Positions 50,663 through 64,000 of a stretch of 64,000 nt of DNA are shown here, piece after piece; the stretch's first letter is position 1, and each line of letters begins with the position of its first letter. The notes beneath the pieces were generated by a model, which was not told where the DNA came from, did not search any database, and saw nothing but the letters and a program-made list of their open reading frames with translations. Position numbers and translations under genes: made by a program. The stretch is from Tubulanus polymorphus (Eukaryota; Animalia; Nemertea), in contig NC_134027.1 of the NCBI RefSeq assembly GCF_964204645.1, positions 23,460,560 to 23,524,559 on the forward strand, in the 5' to 3' direction.

Positions 50663-50955
50663 GCAGTGACTTATCTGCCCACACGGCAACCCACCCACTC
50701 TCCATCCGCCCGACCCCGTGCAGTGACCTGTCTGCCCACACGGCAACCCACCCACTCTCCACCCGCCCGACCCCAGGCAGTGACCTGTCTGCCCACACAG
50801 CAACCCACCCACTCTCCACCCACCCGACCCCTGGCAGTGACCTGTCTGCCCACACGGCAACCCACCCACTCTCCACCCGCCCGACCCCAGGCAGTGACCT
50901 GTCTGCCCACACAGCAACCCACCCACTCTCCACCCGCCCGACCCCTGGCAGTGAC
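50663..50955. repeat. 57-bp C-rich/G-rich minisatellite, ~5 copies
   Basis: Unit CAGTGACCTGTCTGCCCACACGGCAACCCACCCACTCTCCACCCGCCCGACCCCTGG. Confidence 0.95.
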
Positions 50956-53900
50956 TTGTTCGCCCGGCAGTGGTCTAAAGCCTAGCCTTCATCAACACTG
51001 TGATTGGAGACAACTAGTTGCCGGGCAGTTTTCGGCGCATGAGAGCAACTGGCTGGATACAATCAGTGTGAGCTAGCTTACGATTGGTTAGCGTCGATCT
51101 ATCTCCAGTTCCAGCCAGTTGCTCATGTTCTACTTTTGAGCAACTTGTTGTACTCAGTTACTGTCATATTCGTCGATGTGAGCCATAATCAACAAAAACA
51201 CATGGTTGCAACTGACTAAATCAAAGCAATTTGTCACGTGACTTGAGATGCCCTCAAGAATATTTGCTAGATAACCCATCTCAGATGCTGTCGATGTGTG
51301 CGCGCTATGGACTTAGCGACTGGCATGAGCCATGCAGTTGCTTGTTTTCATTAGATGGGTACTCGCTCACTAGTAACTAGTTGTCTCTAGTTGCTTTGTC
51401 GAAGTACGCTTACTTTATAGACCTATGAAGGAAGTTTCATCAGTGTTTGTGAGTTTCAGGGGAAGGCAACCAGACCCTGGCGAGTGAGGATGTGTAATAG
51501 TGATGTTAGTATGGTATGTGTAAGGTAGGGGGCGTTGTGTGTAGAGTGTTAAGAATAGGATAAGAGTACAGTTAGAGGAATACGAAAGTGTAAGTTTGGG
51601 TAATGTGGGGTCAGGATGTTTGGTGTTGTTGAGGTGAGGGTGAATTCAGTAGAATTTATCCATGTCAAGTGTCCAAGTGGCAAATTTGGAAAATTATTTT
51701 TGAGTCATACCTAAGAAAATGGGCTTTTAAAATCATTTGACCAGTCTTATTAGATTGACTTAAGAACTAAAATGGTCTTACCCTGGTCTTAAGTTGTAAG
51801 ATTGGCTATAGAACCTAAATGAGTTTAGACTGGTCTTAAGTTGTTAGATTGGCAATAGAACCAAAATGAGCGTAGACAGGTCTTTAGTTGTTAGATTATT
51901 GTTAGAACCAAAATCAGTTAGAACCAAAAATCAAAAAAGACTAAGTGGCAAATTTGGAAAAATGGATTCAGGTCTGATCCGTGTGATCCAGTTGACCTAG
52001 GATTATTTGATTAGAGTCAGACTCATTGATTACGTAGGGGGTAATAGATGGAGCCACAGTTTGTGCTTTGAACAAAGGTGAGTGATGCTCTTGGCGTTTC
52101 ACTCACCAGGAGAAAGTCCCCCCCCCATAACTTCTTTAGATAGAAATCTCCAGATAGAATTCTGTTTTTGTCTTATTTGTTTGTGTATATATGTCTGGAA
52201 ATGGTGACATGGATGGTGATAGGACAGTACAGCCTGGGTGATGTTGGGGTAGGGTAAGGTGATTCAGAGAAAGTGGTCCAGTCCGGACTGGCATTACCTC
52301 CTTCCCTTCCTCCTTCCCGCGCTTACTATTCCACAATCTCTATATGAGATACATCGAGAATTATACATCGAGAATTATGCTATTGAAGATTGAATTCACC
52401 GATTTATTTAGGAATTGAAACTTGTTTCATTGAATAAATGTTACGGCAAATAAACAATATCATCGAACAATGATATGATTGTGATTGACCATAGTGAACC
52501 ACTGCCCTAGTGCAGTTTTATGTCACATAAAGCTTTTTTCCACTCGATACAACAGATGATAGTGCTACCAATCAGACTGCTTGTGTATGCCAAGTAATTT
52601 TTGTAGGGGACAAGCAAAATTTCAGATATGCTTGCCCCCTGGGCAAGTGGATTTCATTCCTGGGACCCTGAAAAAGCACTGATTGAGATGGATTTAAACC
52701 CAGTTCAATAACTATATTTCCTATATATTCACTTACCGCCTGGTGGTACTGATACAGAGCAAGGAGAGATAGAGAGAGAGAGAGCCATAAGAAAAATAAA
52801 GAACATGAAAAGAGTGGGGTCCGAGAGCAATTCGAAGGTTTAGAGTCCTGCACGCTTAGATGGCGGGCAGGGGTCTATTCCTACCTCGACTCATAAAGAA
52901 AAAAGATTGAAAAGAAAGGTGAGCTTAAAGCCACCAAGCACAAAAGTGGGGTCAAAAAGGTAGTCCACTACTGGCTTAGAGAGCGGGCAGTGGTCTATTC
53001 CTACCTCACGTGCTTAAAAATGTTTGCAAAAAATGGCAAATAAGAAAGTGTGTGAGAGTGAGAGAGAGGAGGTGCTGAGTTTCATGTATCACTGGGCGTA
53101 ACGTGACAAATATAAGAAATAATTCACAGAAAATCTTGAATAATTGTGTTGTGGGTTCAGAGTCTATTTCTCATCAGTTTGCTATTTGTAAAGCTTGTAG
53201 TCTGGTAAAAACTATTCAGAGATTTGTGAATCAGAAGATTTTGCCGTCATTTCCTTCATGAATCGTTCAATTGTTAAAATGAATCATGTGACACACATGT
53301 AAAATACTGTTACTGATTCGTCATCGTTTGATGGTGTCTTAATATTCAATATGTTGCAGGTATTGTCTCCTAGTATTTCACATGGAATTGAGGAGTAGTT
53401 TGAGGGATTGGGAGGGTTGGAGAAGCATTGAGATGTCTAAAGGGAGGAGGCTGAGAGATGGAGCGACCCCATCAATCACTCATGACGCTCTGTACTGTCC
53501 TAGCTCCACCCCTTATATCATATCACATACCTCCCAACCTTCCACAGACACCACCCCCGACCTCACCCTCACCTCTACAACACCAAACATCCTGACCCCG
53601 CATTACCCAAACTTACACTTTAATATTACTCTTACTGTACCTTACTCTATCCTTAACACTCTACACACACTGCCCCCTACCTTACACGTACCATACCAGC
53701 ATCACACCTGTGCCGCCCTCTACCAGCAACTTTTCTCCATTTTCATACACCTCCTTAACTATACATCGTACACTACCACATACACCCACCCCAAATAGTT
53801 CTATATTAAACTGATCATCTAATCCAGTCATATCAAACAACCCTGCATCATCCAACCTGATCTTACCTTATCACATTGTCCTATCCTCCCCTAACGTGTC

Positions 53901-54660
53901 AACTCCCATACCCTGTCTCATTCCATACCCAAGCGCCATACTCCTCATTCCCTCTATGATTGAATAAGTAGAAATGTTACGATGTTGTAGTTACACGGAT
54001 AAGAATGATTCTTATCGCTAATGAAGATGAGAGAACAAACATTCTTCTTACTGAGGAGGAATAAGTGAATAAATGACTGCAGTGTTACACAGTCAGTGTT
54101 ACATGTACATCAGTTATAACTCTATTAGACTGAAACAATGAGTGAAACTTCTACAGTTACAATCTGACACAAATCAAACTGCGTCAGAAAACATTTTACA
54201 ACTTTCTCATTTTCTATCACTTTGGTTTCTGATGTGCTTCATGTGTATTCATATAGAATGTGTTATCATTATTTCAGTTGTAATGATTAGGTTGATTCAG
54301 TGGTCGCTGTATGGAACTCTGATCTATAGCTGTGTGTGAAGTGAGCTGAAGATGGATACAGATACTTGCTGGCGACAAATTCAATAACCGTTATAATGAT
54401 TCTACATTTTGTTTTAGTCTTTTAGAAGATTAACTGAATTCTGGTCCTGAACATGTTTCAACTCCACATGATAACTGGTATGTGTATGACAACAGAATTT
54501 CAACAGTTTATTTCATGAATTTGATAAATCTGTTATTTTCATTTCAGTGTCAATCTTTGCTGGGGAGTTGTAGAATCTGATATAGAACTGATTTTCACAG
54601 TCAGCTACACACATTAACGGTTTGTATTACATGTGTATGGATACAATTTAAATAAATCAC

Positions 54661-54672
54661 ACTAGTTCTGCC

Positions 54673-54707
<35 letters not shown>

Positions 54708-54793
54708 TAGTTCTGCCTCATCATCATCATCATCTATGCCTCATCATCATCATCATCTTGTTCTGCCTCATCATCATCATCATCTAGTTCTGC

Positions 54794-54836
<43 letters not shown>

Positions 54837-54890
54837 TATCATCTAGTTCTGCATCCTCACCATCATCATCTAGTTCTGCCTCCTCCTCAG
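54661..54890. repeat. Compound (CAT)n microsatellite with CTAGTTCTGCCT spacers (longer copy at 61033-61370)
   Basis: Seen directly in the sequence. Confidence 0.9.
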
Positions 54891-56859
54891 TAGCAGTGTG
54901 CATCCTGAGGAAGCAATCAGTCCTCCTGCAATCACATGTTGCCCGCTCTTAAGGAGGTCAGGTGACGTTGGGGCTTTAGTTCACCTCGGATTAGGCTTCT
55001 CAGTAACTATTTGAGTTTGGAGCTGCATCTTACCTGACTAGATTGGCTGACCAGCTTGTATCGTTAATGATTCTACATTTTGTTTTAACCTGTTAGGAGA
55101 TGACCAATTACCAGAAGACCAGGGATGACCAATTTACCAATTGCCAGGGATGACCAATTGCCAGGGATGACCAGAAATGACCAATGGCTAAGCAATGACC
55201 AGCGATTATAGATTGCCAGTATAATTGTAAGATTGATTTTCTGTTTGTGAATGAACTTGAGAACAGTCACTGTTCTTTAACCCAATCAGTTACAGCCATG
55301 TTTTGATAAAATCTCTTGCACAATCACCTCTAAACCTCTTACACAATCATTTCTATCTCATCTCTGTAATAAATACTCTTATTTTAACTCTCATCGGTCA
55401 AAACGTGGTTGTCATTGATGTTCACAGAAACTGAAATCCCAGAATCTATTTTGTTATAATTACAGTGACCTCCTTTTCTTATTGTTAGATACAAGCAGAT
55501 TTCATCAATCAATCATTCCTTCAAGGCTGAGAACTATTAATCATCTTTTAGAAAGGGTTTGTCTCTCATTCATTCAATTGTGTAACTGATATCTGTGAAT
55601 AGCCTACAATCAACAGATACCACATTGAAATCTAATATTCTTTATTTCAGGCACAATTCCTGTTTACTGTGGTATGAAATAAGATTAATTCAAGCGCAAC
55701 GCTGTAGGAGCATCAGAGGAGGAGTATCGTAGGAGCAGCAGGAGTATCATAGGAGCATCAGAGGAGTGTCATAGGAGCAGCAGGAGTATCGTAGGAGGAG
55801 CAGGAGTATCGTAAGAGTTGCAGGAGTATCATAGGAGCAGCAGGAGTATCATAGGAGCAGCTGAATGCATCACAGAAGAGATAAGATAAGTAGTTTTAGA
55901 ATTGTGATCATTCATACCCATTTATTGATAGAGGAGTTGAAGATGTTCAGTACCAGAGTTCAGTTTATCTTCTAACAGACTAAAACAAAATGTAGAATCA
56001 TTATAACGGTTATTGACTATATCTCCAGCAAGTATCTGTATCAATCTTGAGCTTGCTTCACACACAGCTATAGATCAGAGTTTCTTACAGCGACCACTGA
56101 ATCAACCTAATCATTACACCTGAAATAATGATAACACATTCTATATGAATACATATGAAGCACATCTGAAAACAAAGTGATAGAAAAATAGAAAGTTGTA
56201 AAATGTTTTCTGACGCAGTTTGATTTGTGTCAGATTGTAACTGTAGAAGTTTCACTCATTGTTTCAGTCTAATAGAGATATAACTGATGTACATGTAACA
56301 CTGACTGTTAAACACTGCAGTCATTTATTCACTTATTCCTCCTCAGTTTGAAGAATGTTTGTTCTCTCATCTTCATTAGCGATAAGAATCATTCTCATTT
56401 GTGTAACTACAACATCGTAACATTTCTACTTATTCAAATCATAGAGGGAATGAGTAGTATGAGGTTTGGGTATGGAATGGGACAGGGTATGGTGTAGTTG
56501 ACAGTTAGGGTAGGATAGGTTAATGTGATGAGATAAGGTCGGTTGGATGATGCAGGGTTGTTTGATGTGGTTGGATTCGATGATGAGTTTAATATAGAAC
56601 TGTTTGGGGGAAAGTGATGTAAGTGGTAGTGTACGGTGTGTATGTTCGGAGGGTGTATGATAATGGATTGAAAGGTTGCTGGTAGAGGGTGGTACAGTAG
56701 CATCCTCACTCACCAGGGCTCGGGTTGCTTCCTGCTGAAGCTCATGTCTACACAAACGCTGCCCACAACTTTATCCATCGGTCTGTTGGAACACAAGGAA
56801 TTATCAGCCAATGAAAACAGAGGAATTGTCCAGCCAATGAAATTATGGAAATATACCAC

Positions 56860-57295
56860 CTGACCCACCCGCCTGACCCCTGGCAGTGACCTGTCTGCCC
56901 ACACGGCAACCCACCCACTCTCCATCCGCCTGACCCCTTGCAGTGACCTGTCTGCCCACACGGCAACCCACCAACTCTCCACCCGCCCGACCCCTGGCAG
57001 CTACCTGTTCACCCACACGGCAACCCACCCACTCTCCACCCGCCTGACCCCTGGCAGTGACCTGTCTGCCCACACGGCAACCCACCCACTCTCCATCCGC
57101 CTGACCCCTTGCAGTGACCTGTCTGCCCACACGGCAACCCACCCACTCTCCACCCGCCCGACCCCTGGCAGCTACCTGTTCACCCACACGGCAACCCACC
57201 CACTCTCCACCCGCCCGACCCCTGGCAGTGACCTGTCTGCCCACACGGAAACCCACCCACTCTCCACCCGCCCGACCCCTGGCAGTGACCTGTTC
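56860..57295. repeat. 57-bp minisatellite, ~7.5 copies
   Basis: Same unit, with interspersed CAGCTACCTGTTCACC variant units. Confidence 0.95.
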
Positions 57296-60200
57296 GCCCG
57301 GCGGTGGTCTAAAGCCTAGCCTTCATCGACACTGCGATTGGAGACAACTAGTTGCCAGGCATTTTTCGGCGCATGAGAGCAGCTGGCTGGATACAATCAG
57401 TGTGAGCTACCTTACGATTGGTTAGCGCCCATCTGTCTCCAGTTCCAGCCAGTTACTCATGTTCTACTATTGTGCAACTAGTTGTACTCAGTTGCTTTCA
57501 TATCCGTCGATGTGAACGCTCCATAATCAAAAACACATGGTTGTAACTGACTAATACAAAGCAACGAGTCACATGACTTGAGATGCCTTGAGAATATTTG
57601 CTAGATAACACATCTCAGATGCTGTCGATGTGTGCGCGCTATGGACCTAGCGACCGGCATGAGCCATACAGTTGCTGGTTTTCATTAGATGGGTACTCGC
57701 TCACTAGCAACTAGTTGTCTCTAGTTGCTTTGTCGAAGTATGCTTAGCTTTATAGACCTGTGAAGGAAGTTTCATCAGTGTTTGTGAGTTTCAGCGGAAG
57801 GCAACCAGACCCTGACCCTGGCGAGTGAGGATGTGTAGTAGTGATGCTGGTATGGTATGTGTAAGGTAGGGGGCGGTGTGTGTAGAGTGTTAAGGATAGG
57901 GTAAGGTACAGTTAGAGGAATACGAAAGTGTAAGTTTGGGTAATGTGGGGTCAGGATGTTTGGTGTTGTTGAGGTGAGGGTGAATTCAGTAGAATTTATC
58001 CATGTCAAGTGTCCAAGTGGCAAATTTGGAAAATTATTTTTGAGTCATACCTAAGAAAATGGGCTTCTAAAATCATTTGACCAGTCTTATAAGATTGACT
58101 TAAGAACTAAAATGGTCTTACCCTGGTCTTAAGTCGTAAGATTGGCTATAGAACCAAAATGAGTTTAGATTGGTCTTAAGTTGTAAGATTGGCTATAGAA
58201 CCTAAATGAGTTTAGACTGGTCTTAAGTTGTTAGCTTGGCAATAGAACCAAAATGAGCGTAGACAGGTCTTAAGTTGTTAGATTATTGTTAGAACCAAAA
58301 TCAGTTAGAACCAAAAATCAAAAAGACTAAGAGGCAAATTTGGAAAAATGGATTCAGGTCTGATCCGTGTGATCCAGTTGACCTAGGATTATTTGATTAG
58401 AGTCAGACTCATTGATTACGTAGGGGGTAATAGATGGAGCCACAGTTTGTGCTTTAAACAATGGTGAATGAGGCTCTTGGCTTTTCACTCACCAGGAGAA
58501 AGTCCCCCCCCCCATAACTTCTTTAGATAGAAATCTCCATATAGAATTCTGTTTTTGTCTTATTTGTCTGTGTATATATGTCTGGAAATGGTGACATGGA
58601 TGGTGATAGGACAGTACGGCCTGGGTGATGTTGGGGTAGGCTAATGTGATTCAGAGAAAGTGGTATTACCTCCTTCCCTTCCTCCTTCCCGCGCTTACTA
58701 TTCCACAATCTCTATATGAGATACATCGAGAATGATGCGATTGAAGATTGAATTCATCGATTCATTTAGGAATTGAAACTTGTTTCATTGAATAAATGTT
58801 ACTGCAAATAAACAATATCATCAAACAATGATATGATTGTGATTGACCATAGTGAACCACTGCCCTAGTGCAGTTTTATGTCACAAAAAGCTTTTTTCCA
58901 CTCGATACAACAGATGATAGTGCTACCAATCAGACTGCCTGTGTATGCAAGTAATTTTTGTAGGTGACAAGCAAAATTTCAGATATGCTTGCCCCCTGGG
59001 CAAGTGGATTTCATTCCTGGGACCCTGTAAAAGCACTGATTGAGATGGATTTAAACCCAGTTCAATTACTATATTTCCTATATATTCACTTACCGCCTGG
59101 TGGTACTGATACAGAGCAAGGAGAGATAGAGAGAGAGAGAGCCATAAGAAAAAGAAAGAACATGAAAAGAGTGGGGTCCGAGAGCAATTCGAAGGTTTAG
59201 AGTCCTGCACGCTTAGATGGCGGGCAGGGGTCTATTCCTACCTCGACTCAAAAAGAAAAAAGATTGAAAAGATTGGTGAGCTTAAAGCCACCAAGCACAA
59301 AAGTGGGGTCAAAAAGGTAGTCCACTACTGGCTTAGAGAGCGGGCAGTGGTCTATTCCTACCTCACGTGCTTAAAAATGTTTGCAAAAAATGGCAAATAA
59401 GAAAGTGTGTGAGAGTGAGAGTGAGAGAGAGGAGGTGCTGAGTTTCATGTATCACTGGGCGTAACGTGACAAATATAAGAAATAATTCACAGAAAATCTT
59501 GAATAATTGTGTTGTGGGTTCAGAGTCTATTTCTCATCAGTTTGCTATTTGTAAAGCTTGTAGTCTGGTAAAAACTATTCAGAGATTTGTGAATCAGAAG
59601 ATTTTGCCGTCATTTTCTTCATGAATCGTTCAATTGTTAAAATGAATCATGTGACACACATGTAAAATACTGTTACTGATTCGTCATCGTTTGATGGTGT
59701 CTTAATATTCAATATGTTGCAGGTATTGTCTCCTAGTATTTCACATGGAATTGAGGAGTAGTTTGAGGGATTGGGAGGGTTGGAGAAGCATTGAGATGTC
59801 TAAAGGGAGGAGGCTGAGAGATGGAGCGACCCCATCAATCACTCATGACGCTCTGTACTGTCCTAGCTCCACCCCTTATATCACATCACATACCTCCCAA
59901 CCTTCCACAGACACCACCCCCGACCTCACCCTCACCTCTACAACACCAAACATCCTGACCCCGCATTACCCAAACTTACACTTTAATATTACTCTTACTG
60001 TACCTTACTCTATCCTTAACACTCTACACACACTGCCCCCTACCTTACACATACCATACCAGCATCACACCTGTGCCGCCCTCTACCAGCAACTTTTCTC
60101 CATTTTCATACACCTCCTTAACTATACATCGTACACTACCACATACACCCACCCCAAATAGTTCTATATTAAACTGATCATCTAATCCAGTCATATCAAA

Positions 60201-61043
60201 CAACCCTGCATCATCCAACCTGATCTTACCTTATCACATTGTCCTATCCTCCCCTAACGTGTCAACTCCCATACCCTGTCTCATTCCATACCCAAGCGCC
60301 ATACTCCTCATTCCCTCTATGATTGAATAAGTAGAAATGTTACGATGTTGTAGTTACACGGATAAGAATGATTCTTATCGCTAATGAAGATGAGAGAACA
60401 AACATTCTTCTTACTGAGGAGGAATAAGTGAATAAATGACTGCAGTGTTACACAGTCAGTGTTACATGTACATCAATTATAACTCTATTAGACTGAAACA
60501 ATGAGTGAAACTTCTACAGTTACAATCTGACACAAATCAAACTGCGTCAGAAAACATTTCACAACTTTCTCATTTTCTATCACTTTGGTTTCTGATGTGC
60601 TTCATGTGTATTCATATAGAATGTGTTATCATTATTTCAGTTGTAATGATTAGGTTGATTCAGTGGTCGCTGTATGGAACTCTGATCTATAGCTGTGTGT
60701 GAAGTGAGCTGAAGATGGATACAGATACTTGCTGGCGACAAATTCAATAACCGTTATAATGATTCTACATTTTGTTTTAGTCTTTTAGAAGATTAACTGA
60801 ATTCTGGTCCTGAACATGTTTCAACTCCACATGATAACTGGTATGTGTATGACAACAGAATTTCAACAGTTTATTTCATGAATTTGATAAATTGAAGAAT
60901 CTGTTATTTTCATTTCAGTGTCAATCTTTGCTGGGGAGTTGTAGAATCTGATATAGAACTGATTTTCACAGTCAGCTACACACATTTACGGTTTGTATTA
61001 CATGTGTATGGATACAATTTAAATAAATCACACTAGTTCTGCC

Positions 61044-61099
<56 letters not shown>

Positions 61100-61284
61100 T
61101 AGTTCTGCCTCATCATCATCATCATCTATGCCTCATCATCATCATCATCATCATCTTGTTCTGCCTCCTCATCATCATCATCATCTAGTTCTGCCTCATC
61201 ATCATCATCATCTATGCCTCATCATCATCATCATCATCATCTTGTTCTGCCTCCTCATCATCATCATCATCATCTAGTTCTGCC

Positions 61285-61325
<41 letters not shown>

Positions 61326-63365
61326 TAGTTCTGCATCCTCACCATCATCATCTAGTTCTGCCTCCTCCTCAATGGCAGTGTGCATCCTGAGGAAGCAATC
61401 AGTCCTCCTGCAATCACAGATTGCCCGCTCTTAAGGAGGTCAGGTGACATTGGGGCTTTAGTTCACCTCGGTTTAGGCTTCTCAGTAACTGTTTGAGTTT
61501 GGAGCTGCATCTTACCTGACTAGATTGGCTGACCAGCTTGTATCATTAATGATTCTACATTTTGTTTTAACCTGTTAGGAGATGACCAATTACCAAAACA
61601 CCAGGGATGACCAATTTACCAATTGCCAGGGATGACCAATTGCCAGGGATGACCAGAAATGACCAATGGCTAAGCAATGACCATCGATTATAGATTGCCA
61701 GTATAATTGTAAGATTGATTTTCTGTTTGTGAATGAACTTGAGAACAGTCACTGTTCTTTAACCCAATCAGTTACAGCCATGTTTTGATAAAATCTCTTG
61801 CACAATCACCTCTAAACCTCTTACACAATCATTTCTATCTCATCTCTGTAATAAATACTCTTATTTTAACTCTCATCGGTCAAAACGTGGTTGTCATTGA
61901 TGTTCACAGAAACTGAAATCCCAGAATCTATTTTGTTATAATTACAGTGACCTCCTTTTCTTATTGTTAGATACAAGCAGATTTCATCAATCAATCATTC
62001 CTTCAAGGCTGAGAACTATTAATCATCTTTTAGAAAGGGTTTGTCTCTCATTCATTCAATTGTGTAACTGATATCTGTGAATAGCCTACAATCAACAGAT
62101 ACCACATTGAAATCTAATATTCTTTATTTCAGGCACAATTCCTGTTTACTGTGGTATGAAGTAAGATTGAGTCAAGCGCAACGCTGTAGGAGCATCAGAG
62201 GAGGAGTATCGTAGGAGCAGCAGGAGTATCATAGGAGCATCAGAGGAGTGTCATAGGAGCAGCAGGAGTATCGTAGGAGCAGCAGGAGTATCGTAAGAGT
62301 TGCAGGAGTATCATAGGAGCAGCAGGAGTATCATAGGAGCAGCTGAATGCATCACAGAAGAGATAAGGTAAGTAGTTTTAGAATTGTGATCATTCATACC
62401 CATTTATTGATAGAGGAGTTGAAGATGTTCAGTACCAGAGTTCAGTTTATCTTCTAACAGACTAAAACAAAATGTAGAATCATTATAACGGTTATTGACT
62501 ATATCTCCAGCAAGTATCTGTATCCATCTTCAGCTCACTTCACACACAGCTATAGATCAGAGTTACTTACAGCGACCACTGAATCAACCTAATCATTACA
62601 CCTGAAATAATGATAACACATTCTATATGAATACATATGAAGCACATCTGAAAACAAAGTGATAGAAAAATAGAAAGTTGTAAAATGTTTTCTGACGCAG
62701 TTTGATTTGTGTCAGATTGTAACTGTAGAAGTTTCACTCATTGTTTCAGTCTAATAGAGATATAACTGATGTACATGTAACACTGACTGTTAAACACTGC
62801 AGTCATTTATTCACTTATTCCTCCTCAGTTTGAAGAATGTTTGTTCTCTCATCTTCATTAGCGATAAGAATCATTCTCATTTGTGTAACTACAACATCGT
62901 AACATTTCTACTTATTCAAATCATAGAGGGAATGAGTAGTATGAGGTTTGGGTATGGAATGGGACAGGGTATGGTGTAGTTGACAGTTGGGGTAGGAAAG
63001 GGTAATGTGATGAGGTAAGGTCGGTTGGATGATGCAGGGTTGTTTGATGTGGTTGGATTCGATGATGGTTTAATATAGAACTGTTTGGGGGTAAGTGATG
63101 TAAGTAGTAGTGTACGGTGTGTATGTTCGGAGGGTGTATGATAATGGATTGAAAGGTTGCTGGTAGAGGGTGGTACAGTAGCATCCTCACTCACCAGGGC
63201 TCGGGTTGCTTCCTGCTGAAGCTCATGTCTACACAAACGCTGCCCACAACTTTATCCATCGGTCTGTTGGAACACAAGGAATTATCAGCCAATGAAAACT
63301 GAGGAATTATCCAGCCAATGAAAACAGAGGAATTGTCCAGCCAATGAAATTATGGAAATATACCA

Positions 63366-63916
63366 CCTGACCCACCCGCCTGACCCCTGGCAGTGACCTG
63401 TCTGCCCACACGGCAACCCACCCACTCTCCATCCGCCTGACCCCTTGCAGTGACCTGTCTGCCCACACGGCAACCCACCCACTCTCCACCCGCCCGACCG
63501 CTGGCAGCTACCTGTTCACCCACACGGCAACCCACCCATTCTCCACCCGCCTGACCCCTTGCAGTGACCTGTCTGCCCACACGGCAACCCACCCACTCTC
63601 CACCCGCCCGACCGCTGGCAGCTACCTGTTCACCCACACGGCAACCCACCCATTCTCCACCCGCCTGACCCCTGGCAGTGACCTGTCTGCCCACACGGCA
63701 ACCCACCCACTCTCCATCCGCCTGACCCCTTGCAGTGACCTGTCTGCCCACACGGCAACCCACCCACTCTCCACCCGCCCGACCCCTGGCAGCTACCTGT
63801 TCACCCACACGGCAACCCACCCACTCTCCACCCGCCCGACCCCTGGCAGTGACCTGTCTGCCCACACGGAAACCCACCCACTCTCCACCCGCCCGACCCC
63901 TGGCAGTGACCTGTTC
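63366..63916. repeat. 57-bp minisatellite, ~9.5 copies
   Basis: Same unit and variants. Confidence 0.95.
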
Positions 63917-64000
63917 GCCCGGCGGTGGTCTAAAGCCTAGCCTTCATCGACACTGCGATTGGAGACAACTAGTTGCCAGGCACTTTTCGGCGCATGAGAG

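Larger units (their letters stand above)
49068..64000. repeat. Tandem macro-repeat, units 49068-55463, 55464-61945, 61946->64000 (period ~6.4-6.5 kb)
   Basis: Near-identical sequence and shadow ORFs recur (53382/59745, 54142/60505, 55085/61567, 50322/56755/63236); unit start anchor AGTGACCTCCTTTTCTTATTGTT. Confidence 0.95.

Noticed and set aside
50640-51076. Repetitive ORFs (ESGWVAVWADRSLPGVGR etc.) on both strands, also at 56.7-57.4 kb and 63.3-63.9 kb
   Set aside because: Artefact of a 57-bp (multiple of 3) minisatellite open in several frames. It is also not a CRISPR array: there are no unique spacers or cas genes, and the DNA is eukaryotic.
52810-53012. Two GCTTAGA..GCGGGCAG.GGTCTATTCCTACCTC motifs, loosely tRNA-like, in the macro-repeat
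   Set aside because: The B box is non-canonical and there is no convincing cloverleaf; no 5S, U-snRNA, SL or histone sequence was recognised in the unit.
53382-53798. 138-aa Thr/Pro/His-rich ORF repeated at 59745
   Set aside because: Low-complexity C/A-skewed sequence overlapping the inverted arm; conservation only reflects recent tandem duplication.

Overview
Eukaryotic, AT-rich, intron-containing DNA; an invertebrate animal is likely, but the taxon cannot be fixed from sequence alone. From left to right: (1) a complete 8-exon SSR1/TRAP-alpha gene (+, 1117-8974) with a long putative 3'UTR; (2) nested transposon debris including an RTE-like LINE (11.7-14.6 kb); (3) a tandem cluster of five intronless class A (rhodopsin-like) GPCR paralogs (+, 16.5-33.6 kb), one frameshifted; (4) a complete 11-exon ACTR8/ARP8 gene (-, 44156-31285) whose last intron contains the fifth GPCR in antisense; (5) a Helentron/DINE-1-like element and a promoter-like first exon near 47.7 kb; (6) from ~49.07 kb to the window end, a ~6.4-6.5 kb tandem macro-repeat (2 full units plus 1 partial) with no credible protein ORF. 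Each unit has ~0.9 kb inverted arms, a G-rich 57-bp minisatellite and splice-like sites. Also seen: a minimal type I hammerhead ribozyme motif in a palindromic Penelope-derived insert, four 23-35 bp hairpin insertions with 7-bp target duplications, and tandem anticodon-less tRNA-like units. All coordinates were read by eye; no database searches were run.
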